64,000 nt of DNA from an uncultured Scytonema sp. Lineage in GTDB: Bacteria > Cyanobacteriota > Cyanobacteriia > Cyanobacteriales > Nostocaceae. A program made the position numbers and the translations under genes. A model generated the notes under the pieces. It did not search any database. It was given only the letters and a program-made list of their open reading frames with translations, and was not told where the DNA came from. The DNA lies in assembly GCA_937873135.1 (NCBI GenBank), contig CALMVQ010000037.1, positions 2,487 through 66,486 of the forward strand. The letters are read 5' to 3'. This document shows, in pieces, positions 26,358 to 36,616 of the stretch (its first letter is position 1; each line of letters starts with the position of its first letter).

Positions 26358-26543
26358 ATGTATTTTAAACACATAGAACGAGAGTTGATGGAGGGTGAAC
26401 CTTGGGCGGCTCATCCAATTGAGCGAATTGAGTATTGTTACCAGATGCGGGATTTGTGGGAAATAGAGAACAAGCAAAAACATACTTTCAGACAAAGACT
26501 TTGGCGTGCATGGTTATCTTGGAAGTCGTCCCGCTTGAAGTAA
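26358..26543 (+). CDS. Small hypothetical protein (61 aa)
   Basis: Good RBS (TAGGAGGCAGCA ATG). It lies between the two beta MITEs. Confidence 0.4.
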   Translation: MYFKHIERELMEGEPWAAHPIERIEYCYQMRDLWEIENKQKHTFRQRLWRAWLSWKSSRLK

Positions 26544-26591
26544 ATCATACTACATCCTAATTTCATTGCAGAAGTCTCACCTACGGCAGTC

Positions 26592-26737
26592 ATATCGTGT
26601 CCGTCAAATCATCCATAATTAAAGAACCCCACCCCGTTTTGGCTGACGCCAAAGCGCCCCTCCCCGCCAGCGCTTAGGGGTTGGGGGTGGGGTTCAGTGT
26701 CTGGAACTATTACGACTAATCAAGCGGACATGATATC
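26592..26737 (+). mobile_element. MITE, family beta
   Basis: ATATCGTGTCCGTCAAATCA...GCGGACATGATATC, in the same orientation as 26121..26258. Confidence 0.7.
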
Positions 26738-27443
26738 AACCAGGATTTTCTATACTGCTTTAATGCAGAAATCTCCATTTATTTTTCATCTGTGGAATAA
26801 ATTTAAAATCTAAAATCCTTAAGCCTAAGAGTACAGAGCGTGGAGTCAATCCGTACATTCGGTTAGAGGTTGACTTTCTTTGCACAGCTGGGAGTTCCAG
26901 AGGAAATATTTGCCTTGCATCCTGATTTTGTAAAGACTAAAAATAATTTGTATTGCTCACCTTGACTTTTATTAGCAAAACATTACAAAATCTTGTTTTT
27001 TGATACTATTGCTATGGTAGTATGTTAACTAATTACGGTTGGTCACTCAAATAAACGTATTTTCCTGGTATAATCAACGGATAGGAGATATCTATAGTAA
27101 AGACCTTAGAGGCACTGAGATGAAGGAGTAAATTTTTGCTAGTTTTTAGGCAACCAATGGTTGGACGACTTAATGCTGGCACTAGAAATGCACTTATCCA
27201 ACCCATGAGTGTGCTGCTGGCGTAGCTGTTCAATGGTAGAAAAAGTTGCTTTCATAGATATAAAGCAAGTTTTTGTTTTTCTTGTTTCAGTCTCTAATTT
27301 TTATAGAGAGTGAGATAAGTCATGATTAATAAAATTGTACACTCATTTCAACCAACTTGTCTAGTCTAAGCAGGTCTGGTTTAAAATCGTCTTCTTTAAA
27401 TCTTAATTCTTGGAGCTTAGTCTTAGTAGAGTCGTCAAAATTA

Positions 27444-28451
27444 ATGAAACCACTATTTTTTAGTCGAGCGAACAGTCATTTTTTACAAACATTACTAATG
27501 TTTGTGGCTTTGGGTATGACTTCTTGTAGCGGTGCCGAGGAACAGAAGCGGCAGATAAGTATTGATGGTGGAACCGTTGGTTATCCACTTCATCAAGCAG
27601 TTGCTGAAGAATATAAAAAGGTGAAACAAGATGCCCAAATTAGCGTTGCTTTTAGTGGTACTGGCGGTGGCATGAGTAAGTTCTGTTCCGGGCAAATTGA
27701 TATTGCTGGTGCTTCACGCGCTATAAAAAAAGAGGAAATTGCTAAATGTAAAAAGCAGGGAATTAATTTTGTAGAGTTACCTGTCGCTCTCGATGGAATT
27801 GCTGTCATTACTAATAAGAAAAATGATTTTGTGAAATGCTTATCGATTCCAGAACTTAATAAAATGTGGAGTCCCAAATCAACTAATAAAATAAAAAACT
27901 GGAATCAAATTAATGCGAAGTTCCCCAACCAAAAGTTGACGCTTTATGCGCCTTCTTCAGATACTGGAACATTTGACTACTTCACACAAGCTATTAATAA
28001 AAAATCCAAAGCTGGTCGGACAGATTACACTTCAACTCAAAATCAAAACGTTCTTGTTCAAGGAATTGCTGGTGATGAGAACGCAATAGGTTACGTGGGT
28101 ATTTCTTACTACTTAGCAAAGAAAAATCAGCTACAGCTCGTTGCGGTGCAAACTCCGAAAGGAAATTGTGAAACACCAGAGCCGTCATCCAAAGTTGCTA
28201 CCAACACCTACACACCTTTGTCTCGTCCTCTATTCATATATGTTAGCCAAAAGTCCCTGGACAGTAAGCCAGTAGTCAAGGATTTTGTTAATTTCTATTT
28301 AGACAATTCTAAGAAGTGGGTTCAACAGTCTGGCTACGTTGAACTTACTGATGAGACTTATGGCAAGGTAAAACAAAGGTTTACTTCTGATACAACAGGT
28401 TCCAAATTCCTAAAAGCAAAACCTGGAGATCCGATTGCGAAGTATCTTTAA
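27444..28451 (+). CDS. pstS: Phosphate ABC transporter substrate-binding protein
   Basis: SGTGGGMSKF and IAGASR motifs. The likely start is the ATG at 27444, giving a lipoprotein-like signal peptide (LGMTSC). The longest ORF starts with TTG at 27357. Confidence 0.85.
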   Translation: MKPLFFSRANSHFLQTLLMFVALGMTSCSGAEEQKRQISIDGGTVGYPLHQAVAEEYKKVKQDAQISVAFSGTGGGMSKFCSGQIDIAGASRAIKKEEIAKCKKQGINFVELPVALDGIAVITNKKNDFVKCLSIPELNKMWSPKSTNKIKNWNQINAKFPNQKLTLYAPSSDTGTFDYFTQAINKKSKAGRTDYTSTQNQNVLVQGIAGDENAIGYVGISYYLAKKNQLQLVAVQTPKGNCETPEPSSKVATNTYTPLSRPLFIYVSQKSLDSKPVVKDFVNFYLDNSKKWVQQSGYVELTDETYGKVKQRFTSDTTGSKFLKAKPGDPIAKYL

Positions 28452-28540
28452 GAAAAATTGGTTAGGGCTAATAACTATTAGCTAATGGAATGTAATGATC
28501 AATCCAAAATCTAAAATTTAAAATCCAAAATTGTTAAGTT

Positions 28541-29467
28541 ATGCAGAACGCAAATCATCGGGAAGATGACGGATCGCTTGATAGAAGTGCATCTGACGAT
28601 ATTCAAGAAAAAATTGTCGAGGTACTATTATTTTGCTGCGGATTGGTTTCTATCCTCACGACTATTGGCATTATCGCAATTATTTTACAAGTGACGTGGG
28701 AGTTTTTCCAAAAGGTTCCCTTTACTAAGTTCTTTTTTGATACCCAGTGGACACCGCTGTTTGCAGAGCAACATTTTGGCATTTGGCCTTTGATTAATGG
28801 TACTTTACTAACAACAGTGATCGCCATGTTGGTTGCCATTCCTCTAGGTTTATCTTCTGCGATCTATTTAAGTGAGTATGCTCAACCTAAAGTAGCAGCA
28901 ATTTTACGTCCAGCCGTGGAACTACTGGCGGGAATACCTACTGTTGTTAACGGCTACTTTGCGCTGTTGTTTTTAACACCCTTGCTGCGGAATTTTCTGC
29001 CGCTAGAAATCTTCAATGCCACAAGTGCTGGAATCATGATGGGAGTTATGATTATTCCCACCGTCGGTTCCATCAGTTTAGACTCCATCAGATCTGTTCC
29101 TCGATCTTTACGAGAAGGAGCTTATGGATTGGGGCTGACTAAGCTAGAAGCTATATTGAAAATTGTTCTTCCTGCTGCTCTTTCTGGAATTATTGCTTCA
29201 ATTATTCTCGGCATTTCTCGAGCTGTTGGTGAAACAATGACTGTCCTCATTGCTGCGGGACAACAACCAAAGTTGACTGCGAATCCAATGGAATCCATAG
29301 AAACAATGACAGCTTATATGGCTCAAATTTCCGGTGGAGATAGTCCCCGGAACAGCATCAACTACGACACCTTATACGCGGTGGGAGCAGTTTTGTTCTT
29401 AATAACTTTGGCATTAAACATTTTCAGTCATTGGTTTTCTAACCGCTTTAAGGAAAAATACGATTAA
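28541..29467 (+). CDS. pstC: Phosphate ABC transporter permease PstC
   Basis: 308 aa with six helices and the EAA-like loop SLREGAYGLG. Confidence 0.85.
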   Translation: MQNANHREDDGSLDRSASDDIQEKIVEVLLFCCGLVSILTTIGIIAIILQVTWEFFQKVPFTKFFFDTQWTPLFAEQHFGIWPLINGTLLTTVIAMLVAIPLGLSSAIYLSEYAQPKVAAILRPAVELLAGIPTVVNGYFALLFLTPLLRNFLPLEIFNATSAGIMMGVMIIPTVGSISLDSIRSVPRSLREGAYGLGLTKLEAILKIVLPAALSGIIASIILGISRAVGETMTVLIAAGQQPKLTANPMESIETMTAYMAQISGGDSPRNSINYDTLYAVGAVLFLITLALNIFSHWFSNRFKEKYD

Positions 29468-29586
29468 TCAGAGCGAAAAGTTGCACAGACGCTTCAAAGC
29501 AGCTTGTTAAGACAAATTTGCCTTCTGTACAGACGCAACAAAGCAGTGCGTCTGTACATTTACGGACTCTTTCAATAGTAATAGAT

Positions 29587-30474
29587 ATGACTACTTCAAT
29601 TTCAGAGGATTCTCAAGAATTTACTCCAAATATAGAGAAGAGAGAAGCGATCGGCAAGATATTTGAATATATATTTTTGCTCGGGTTGCTAATTGGTTTA
29701 TTTGTCCTGGCTCTTTTGATTTTTGATATTGGGAAAGATGGATTAGCCAGATTTTTTACACCAGGTTTTTTAACTGAAACGCCTTCTCGGTTCCCTGATC
29801 AAGGAGGTGTCCTTCCTGCAATTGTTAGCAGTCTTCTTTTAGGACTCATCGTGATTTTAGTTGCAGTCCCAATTGGCGTGGGAGCCGCTTTGTATCTCGA
29901 AGAATATGCACCGAAAACCTGGTGGAGTGATCTTATTGAGATTAACATTAGCAACCTGGCAGGAGTCCCCTCAATTGTTTATGGATTGCTGGGTTTAGGT
30001 GTTTTTAACTATCTTTTGGGATTTGGACCAGCTTTGATTTCTGGGGCACTTACTTTGTCGTTGTTGTCTTTACCAGTCATTATTGTGACATCTCGAGAAG
30101 CTATTCGAGCAGTTCCAGATTCTCTTAGAAATGCTTCCTACGGCTTAGGCATAACTAAATGGCAAACTGTTAGCAATCATGTCTTACCATATGCCGTTCC
30201 AGGCATCTTAACGGGGGTAATTATTTCCGTCTCCCGCGCCATTGGAGATGCTGCGTGTCTGATTGTGGTGGGGGCTGTCAGTTTCCTGACATTCAACCCT
30301 GGTTTGTTCCAAAGATTTATGGCATTGCCCATCCAAATTTACAGCTACATCACTCGTCCTGAGCCTGGTTTTGCCAACGCAGCAGCAGCAACAATCATTG
30401 TTTTGCTGCTGGTGATTTTAGCTTTGAATGGCATAGCAATATATATTCGGCAACGCTTCTCGGTGCTGAATTAG
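29587..30474 (+). CDS. pstA: Phosphate ABC transporter permease PstA
   Basis: Contains the loop SLRNASYGLGITKWQT. The start is taken as the ATG at 29587; the longest ORF begins at 29518. Confidence 0.85.
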   Translation: MTTSISEDSQEFTPNIEKREAIGKIFEYIFLLGLLIGLFVLALLIFDIGKDGLARFFTPGFLTETPSRFPDQGGVLPAIVSSLLLGLIVILVAVPIGVGAALYLEEYAPKTWWSDLIEINISNLAGVPSIVYGLLGLGVFNYLLGFGPALISGALTLSLLSLPVIIVTSREAIRAVPDSLRNASYGLGITKWQTVSNHVLPYAVPGILTGVIISVSRAIGDAACLIVVGAVSFLTFNPGLFQRFMALPIQIYSYITRPEPGFANAAAATIIVLLLVILALNGIAIYIRQRFSVLN

Positions 30475-30592
30475 CATAGTGGGAAATGGGTAATATGTAA
30501 GAAAAATACAATTAACAAAATACCAATTCCCAACCAGAACAAACACGCTTCTAGAAAAGATTTTATACCAACACAAAGAGCGGGAAAGAAAG

Positions 30593-31423
30593 ATGACTTA
30601 CGGCAACAGCAAAAGCACAGTAGATAACGTACTAGAAGTTGATCAGAAAAATGCAATTTTTGATATCGAAGGGGTTAAGGTCTATTACAGTGGCTTGATG
30701 GCGCTTCAGTCAGTCAATATGAGAATTCCTGAGAAACAGATAGTCGCTTTTATTGGACCTTCAGGGTGTGGTAAAAGTACTTTATTGCGTTGCTTCAACC
30801 GCATGAACGATCTAATCCCTGGCGCTACGGTTGAAGGAAGGCTAAATTACCGCCATAGAAATATTTACGCTCCCAAAGTTAATTCGGTAAAACTACGGCG
30901 TCAAGTAGGGATGGTTTTCCAAAGGCCGAATCCTTTTCCCAAGTCAATTTATGAAAACATTGCCTTTGCACCGCGCACTAATGGTTATAAAGGCAATATG
31001 GATGAATTGGTGGAACAATCGCTGAGACGGGCGGCGATTTGGGATGAAGTCAAAGACAAACTCAAATCGAAGGGGACAGCCTTATCTGGCGGACAACAGC
31101 AACGACTTTGCATTGCACGAGCGATCGCCATGAAACCAGATGTCCTGTTGATGGATGAACCTTGTTCTGCTCTAGATCCGATTTCAACTCGTCAGGTTGA
31201 AGAACTTTGCCTTGAACTCAAGGAACAATACACCATTATTATGGTAACCCACAACATGCAGCAAGCCTCGCGGACAGCAGATTGGACTGCTTTTTTCAAC
31301 ACCGAAACAGACGAACATGGCAAACGCAGAGGAAGATTAGTCGAGTTCAGTCCTACTGACATAATGTTCAGTTCTCCTACGACTCAGGAAGCTGAGGAAT
31401 ATATCAGTGGCCGTTTCGGTTAA
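30593..31423 (+). CDS. pstB: Phosphate ABC transporter ATP-binding protein
   Basis: Walker [10 protein letters not shown], signature LSGGQQQRL, Walker B VLLMDEP. Confidence 0.9.
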   Translation: MTYGNSKSTVDNVLEVDQKNAIFDIEGVKVYYSGLMALQSVNMRIPEKQIVAFIGPSGCGKSTLLRCFNRMNDLIPGATVEGRLNYRHRNIYAPKVNSVKLRRQVGMVFQRPNPFPKSIYENIAFAPRTNGYKGNMDELVEQSLRRAAIWDEVKDKLKSKGTALSGGQQQRLCIARAIAMKPDVLLMDEPCSALDPISTRQVEELCLELKEQYTIIMVTHNMQQASRTADWTAFFNTETDEHGKRRGRLVEFSPTDIMFSSPTTQEAEEYISGRFG

Positions 31424-31432
31424 CCTTTGAAC

Positions 31433-31468
31433 GCACCCCAGCTATAATCTCTGATTTAGCTGGGGTGC
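31433..31468. terminator. 11-bp stem hairpin GCACCCCAGCT...AGCTGGGGTGC between the convergent pstB and the HNH-like gene
   Basis: Perfect 11-bp stem with a 14-nt loop. There is no clear T-run on either strand. Confidence 0.45.
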
Positions 31469-31566
31469 ATTCGCTACGTAGCCCTTTGACTACGCAACGT
31501 TCCCAGAGCTATTATTTGCGATTGGCTACCTCGGTAAGTTTGTTGAAAAGTCGCTCGCAACATATG

Positions 31567-32007
31567 TCAAAGCTCATCACTTGACCAGCCCTCCCTTGCA
31601 AGGCAGAAGGCAGAGGCTTGATTGCCGAAGGAATAAGTAATCTTTTGGGAAGGAAGCAAAATTTCAAACCAATCTTCTGCCAAATCAAAGGGGTCAAGTA
31701 CTTGGTCATCAAGAGTGCCTTTGGTACTATTAATCCAAGCAGAAGCAAAACGTAAATTGCTCCATTCGTAAGCCAAATTGCGATAATTTTCGCGGCTAAG
31801 AAAATGGTCTACCGTACCAACTGGTTCGTACATCACTGAATAAGCACAAAGATTATTGAAGCCATCAGCTAAAATACTTTTAAACGGCGACCAATAATCC
31901 CTAGTTCCTTTTTTTTGTTCTGGATTTTTCAATAACCAAGCATTCCCCGGTACTCTCACTTTGTCATCAAAATCTGAAGGTTCTGGTAGAGGTTTAAAGG
32001 GTATCAT
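31567..32007 (-). CDS. TIGR02646-like HNH-superfamily protein (PtuB-like; Cys-poor variant)
   Basis: 146 aa. The pattern CAYS...VDHFLSR...YEWSNLRFAS..IN.TKG matches the CaYCE...EHf.Pks...W.NL..aC..CN..Kg family signature with the Zn-ligand Cys positions substituted. Confidence 0.6.
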   Translation of the reverse strand: MIPFKPLPEPSDFDDKVRVPGNAWLLKNPEQKKGTRDYWSPFKSILADGFNNLCAYSVMYEPVGTVDHFLSRENYRNLAYEWSNLRFASAWINSTKGTLDDQVLDPFDLAEDWFEILLPSQKITYSFGNQASAFCLAREGWSSDEL

Positions 32008-32095
32008 TATAATATTATGCTCCCGATCAACCAGAAGTTCTTTTTTCTGATGTGACTATCCAACGGGGCCAAAATGGGTCATGTCCAGGTAAAAC

Positions 32096-34332
32096 CCACC
32101 TTCCGCACCCTAAGCGTCACACATCAACAAAAAGCTGACAGGGTAGTACAGAAGAACTAAGTTAAATGCAAAAATCAAGAGACTTAATGAGAAGAAGTAG
32201 CATTAATTAGAGGATTTGGCGAAAAGAGGAAGTTTTGTGATGAGACAGAAGAAAGGGAAAACTTCATAGTTAAAAAAAATAATTGATAACAAAAAGATAA
32301 ATGAGAGAATTGCAACAGAAGTAGTGGAGAATACTGTTGTGATGTTGAATGCAGAAGACATTGAAATTCAGAACATAGACCATCTAGGGATAGTAGCAGG
32401 AATAATAGATTCTATAGGATTAGTAGAAATAATCAATGAATTAATAGGTGAAGAAAAAGAAGAAAAAGTAAGTCCAGGTCATGTAGTCAAAGCCATGATC
32501 TTGAACGGCTTAGGATTTGTATCCAAACCTTTGTATATGTTTCCCAAATATTTTGAAACAATAGCCTGTGAACATTTAATAGGACAAGGAGTCAAACCAG
32601 AATATCTAAACGACGATAAACTGGGGAGAGTCATGGATAAACTATTTATAAAAGGACTGGATACAATATTTTTTATCATTGCTTTAAAAGCAGCTAAAAA
32701 GTTTAATGTATCACTGTCAACATCACATCTAGATTCATCATCAATGCACGTGCATGGGGAATACAATACCAGCTTACCAGAAGTAATATTTGAAAATCAA
32801 CAATTAGGAAATACCCAAGACATAGAAGATTTAACAGTAAAATCACCAAAAGAAATTACCATAACTTACGGTTATTCAAGAGATCATAGACCAGACTTAA
32901 AACAATTTATCATAGAACTAATATGTTCAGGAGATGGGGACATACCAATATTTTTGAAACTAGCATCAGGAAACCAATCAGACTCATCATGCTTTGGAAA
33001 AATAGCAGTTGAGTATCAAGAACAATTAGAAGTTAACAGTCTCATAGTTGCAGACTGCGCTTTATATACAGAATCAAATCTGAAATTGATGTCAGAATTA
33101 CGCTGGTTATGTCGAGTGCCATTAAGTATTAACATCGCACAATCACTAATATCAACATTACCAGAATTGGAATTTATCGATAATAATTTGCTCGGATATA
33201 AACTTGCTTCAAAAACAGTCACTTATGGAGAAATAGAACAAAGATGGTTGGTAGTACAAAGCCAAGATAGAAGAGAATCAGATCTGCGTAAACTCTCACA
33301 AAAAATTAATAAGGCAGAGTCAAAAGCTATTCAGGAATTGAAAAAGTTATCACAAGATAAATTTGCACCTTGTTGCTGATGCAATCAAGGCATTATCAAA
33401 ACTATCAAAACAATTTAAGTATCACCAAATTCAAGAAAGTAAAGTTACTGAAATCACATCTAACAAAAAAGATAATTCAGCAGGAATATCTTACCAAATT
33501 TCAGCTACAGTATCTAAGAATGAAAGTAAAATTAATACAGAAATTCTGAGTGCAGGGCGTTTCATTCTTGCCACAAATCTTTTAGACTCAAATGAACTCA
33601 GTGACGACTCAATACTGAGTGAATATAAAGCCCAGCAGTCCTGTGAGAGGGGATTTGGTTTTCTTAAAGATCCATTATTTTTTGCCGATAGTATTTTCCT
33701 CAAAAGCCCTGAAAGAATTCAATCTCTAGGAATGATTATGGGTTTATGTCTGCTGGTTTATACATTGGCTCAACGTCAAGTAAGAGCCGCTTTATCTGAG
33801 TCGAAATCAACGATTAAAAATCAGTTGGGTAAAGCAACTGACCGCCCCACTTTGCGTTGGATATTTCAATGCTTTCAGTGTATTCATTTAGTTAAATTTA
33901 ACAACGCAAAATACGTTTCTAATTGGACTAATGATAGGAATTTTATCCTGAATCTTTTACCAGATGATTGTCTTCGTTATTATCAATTAATCACGTAATT
34001 ATTATCTCTATTAATTTAATATAGACGTTACCTGAAGCTCATCGTTTTGATTCATAGCTCTAATTTACTATGTCAAAAATCTAGTTCGGTCACTTCAATT
34101 CATTATTCTAATTTATGATTTCAGTGTTTAACATCTTCTTTTATTTATCTCATCCGAATCTATCTGCCATCAGTTCTTATTGCTCCTTATTGACACTCTT
34201 GTTTTGATGCCATTTTTGGTGATTGATGGCTGCTCAAATCTCTTTTTTGTCTAAATCTGTCTGTTTTTATTCTTACTTGCCTTTTTTCTCTCAGTAATTT
34301 CCCTATCGTGACAGTTGGGGTGCGGAATGTGG
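32096..34332 (+). mobile_element. IS element (IS1634/IS4-like), 2237 bp, with imperfect 25-bp TIRs and an 8-bp target site duplication
   Basis: The left inverted repeat (IRL) CCACCTTCCGCACCCTAAGCGTCAC matches the reverse complement of the right one (IRR), CCACATTCCGCACCCCAACTGTCAC, at 21 of 25 positions. GGTAAAAC is duplicated at 32088..32095 and 34333..34340. Confidence 0.8.
32324..33998 (+). pseudogene. IS1634-family DDE transposase split by one frameshift near 33363..33379
   Basis: ORF 32324..33379 (DHLGIVAGIIDSIGLVEIINE...) continues in another frame as 33363..33998 (...ADAIKALSKL...). Confidence 0.7.
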
Positions 34333-35552
34333 GGTAAAACCCTCTGCAATTCTTGATGGATTTGTGCTTGCGTTCTTAAGTTTTCATTCCATACCCCCAT
34401 ATGATCATTACGCATCCATGCTTCTGCTGCTTCAATCGCAATTTCTGCTTCTTGAGAACGGGCTTGTTTAAGTCCAAAAATTTCTGAGGTTAGCCAGCCA
34501 ACAGTATCCCCTTGTTTTGACCAAGGTACTTCCTCAAGAGTTACTTTTCTATCTTCTAATTTGAATAAAAATAATCTGTCTTCCTCCTGCTCAAAATTTG
34601 GTTCCAAAGAAGCAAGAATAAGTGGAGAATGGGTAGTTACTAAAGTCTGTACTTTAATGGATGCCTGCAAGGAAGCAACTACCGTTAAAATTGCTGGTAA
34701 AATTACCCTCTGCCAACTCGGATGGAGGTGAGATTCAATTTCATCAATTAACAAAACTATCTGCTTTACAGGCTCTTGCTGTCGCAATTCCGAAGCCAAA
34801 GTATGTTCGTACCAAGTCCATACTAGTAAATAAGCAAGTCCCAAAATCCGCTTCATTCCCGCCGAAACTTGAGTAACAGGAACACTACCATAAGGGAGAT
34901 TAATTGTTGGAATCTCCCGTACATCTTCCACAGAAACTCGCGTTGGTTCTCCCACGGATATCCATTCGTCGGGATGTGGTGCAAGTTTTTTAATCACACT
35001 AGAAAAAAGTAGAAATGGATATTTATTAGGTTGATTCTGCCATGTTACCCAATCTTCAATTAACCCATTACAAAGCACTTTATCGTTTGATTTTAAACCA
35101 TTCCACAGAGAAGAAGAAGTAAAATTATAAGCATCATCGCGTTTGCGTACTGGGTCGTAAACAGAGAAACCTCCATCAACCCGAACATAAATTACCACTG
35201 ACGAAACGGCTTGATGGTTTTGTTCTCGTTCTGTGGGGGAAATTTCCTCCACAGAGCTTGAGCGTAAATTACGCCATTGTTGTGAAGAAAAATCAAATAA
35301 ACTCTGATATTCCTTATTGATTTCTCCTTGGACATTATTAACTAAAGCTGTAATTTGGGGATGTTTATCTCTTCCCTGTTGCACATAAGCTACCTGTTCT
35401 ACCCAATTATTGGTAAGAACCCACCAAGTAATATCAAGTAAAAAACTTTTACCCAGACCGTTATCACCCGTAAATATATTCAGCCTCGAAGCAAATTCAA
35501 CATTAAAATGGTCAGATGGACCTACTTGTTGAAGGTGAAGTTCTTTTAACAT
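34251..35552 (-). CDS. ABC/AAA_21-type ATPase (PtuA-like); 3' end replaced by IS-derived sequence
   Basis: Walker A GDNGLGKS, signature-like SAGMKR, Walker B LLIDEIESHLHP, H-loop TTHSP. The last 26 codons (from 34331 down) lie inside the IS. Confidence 0.75.
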   Translation of the reverse strand: MLKELHLQQVGPSDHFNVEFASRLNIFTGDNGLGKSFLLDITWWVLTNNWVEQVAYVQQGRDKHPQITALVNNVQGEINKEYQSLFDFSSQQWRNLRSSSVEEISPTEREQNHQAVSSVVIYVRVDGGFSVYDPVRKRDDAYNFTSSSLWNGLKSNDKVLCNGLIEDWVTWQNQPNKYPFLLFSSVIKKLAPHPDEWISVGEPTRVSVEDVREIPTINLPYGSVPVTQVSAGMKRILGLAYLLVWTWYEHTLASELRQQEPVKQIVLLIDEIESHLHPSWQRVILPAILTVVASLQASIKVQTLVTTHSPLILASLEPNFEQEEDRLFLFKLEDRKVTLEEVPWSKQGDTVGWLTSEIFGLKQARSQEAEIAIEAAEAWMRNDHMGVWNENLRTQAQIHQELQRVLPHIPHPNCHDREITERKKASKNKNRQI

Positions 35553-35799
35553 CCGAATATTCCTGTAGTAGTATTAACCGATTATTTCACCGGATGGTAT
35601 TTCCCATCTTTACTGTACAGCTTTAGCAGTAGTTTTCTTTTTTCAAGTAATTGGATGATATAAATTTGTTGTAAGAATTGATGAGCCAGAATCCAGGGGT
35701 CAGAATAGTTAGTGATACTGTTGGTGAAGTCGAAAAAGGGCAGACGTGGGACAATATTTACGTACCTAGCAATCGACCATAGCATCGCTAAAGCAGAGA

Positions 35800-36000
35800 G
35801 GAATAGTCAAAGTGCTTCAACAAAAGTCAATTAGCCCTGAACGGTTACGAGACAGAGCGTATTGCTGACGCTGCTTTTCCCAAAGGCAGTATTTACATTA
35901 CCATGCGTAAGGAAATCGGAACTCTCTACAACTTTTCAAGATTTTGAAGCACTATTTCCCACGCATGGGCAACCAGCTTTTAGTCCTTGGCGATTAGCGA
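35800..36000 (+). pseudogene. Remnant of an IS1182/IS5-type transposase N-terminus
   Basis: Translated ...FQDFEALFPTHGQPAFSPWRLA... resembles the conserved GRPA.sPwrLA segment. It is interrupted by stops and truncated. Confidence 0.45.
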
Positions 36001-36160
36001 TTAGCTTGTATCACAAGTACCAGCCCTACTCATTCGAGATCACGGTGTGACAGTTTGGGCATCTTCGGAAGAAACAGCCCGCAATTATATTGAGTTGGTG
36101 GACTATATTTTCTGCTATATGGTTGCAACAAGGCAGATATTGGGTGGGTGAGGTAGATCG

Positions 36161-36616
36161 TCACTGATTGCTTCTCACTTCATTTTCCGTCAGGCGATTG
36201 AGGTATCTTTCGATTAAGAGAATGGCGACAATATCATCTATTGGTCGTGGTGGTTGTCGCATACCTTGTGGCAATAGCTTCGAGAGTCCTTTTGGGGGGT
36301 ACATTTGCCAATAGCGATCGCGTGCTTCTAAGCTAGAGTAGCGCTCATCTACTAAAACAATATTTAGTGGATCTGCTAGTTTCTGATGGAGTTGCTGTTT
36401 CCATTGCTTGGCTGTGGTTTGATCCCCCATCACAAGTAAAGAAATAGGAAACCTTTGACGCAGCGTCATGATAGTGGCGATCGCCTCAGCTGCTGATACA
36501 ACTTGGTGATAATGCAATCGCCGGTCCACTCCCATGATCGCTAAACCACATTTATCTCGACCTGGATCAAAGCCTAAAATCACCGGTTGTGTTGGCGAAA
36601 ATTCACGGAGTGTCAT
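36161..36616 (-). CDS. YqgF/RuvX-like putative resolvase/nuclease
   Basis: 151 aa with ILGFDPGRDKCGLA and LVDERYSSLEA, matching the YqgF pattern (G.D.G..r.G.A ... DEr.T). Confidence 0.7.
   Translation of the reverse strand: MTLREFSPTQPVILGFDPGRDKCGLAIMGVDRRLHYHQVVSAAEAIATIMTLRQRFPISLLVMGDQTTAKQWKQQLHQKLADPLNIVLVDERYSSLEARDRYWQMYPPKGLSKLLPQGMRQPPRPIDDIVAILLIERYLNRLTENEVRSNQ

Noticed and set aside
27357-27443. Pho-box (PyTTAAPyPy(T/A) x3 with 11-bp phasing) among the TTAA-rich sequence before pstS
   Set aside because: The TTAA motifs at 27381, 27397 and 27403 are spaced 16 and 6 nt apart, not about 11, so no convincing tandem array is present.
31567-35552. Possibility that excising the IS would fuse the ATPase and the HNH-like ORF into one polypeptide
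   Set aside because: Careful codon-by-codon reading of the restored junction gives a TGA stop at 32027..32029, 19 nt before the HNH ATG. They are two separate genes.
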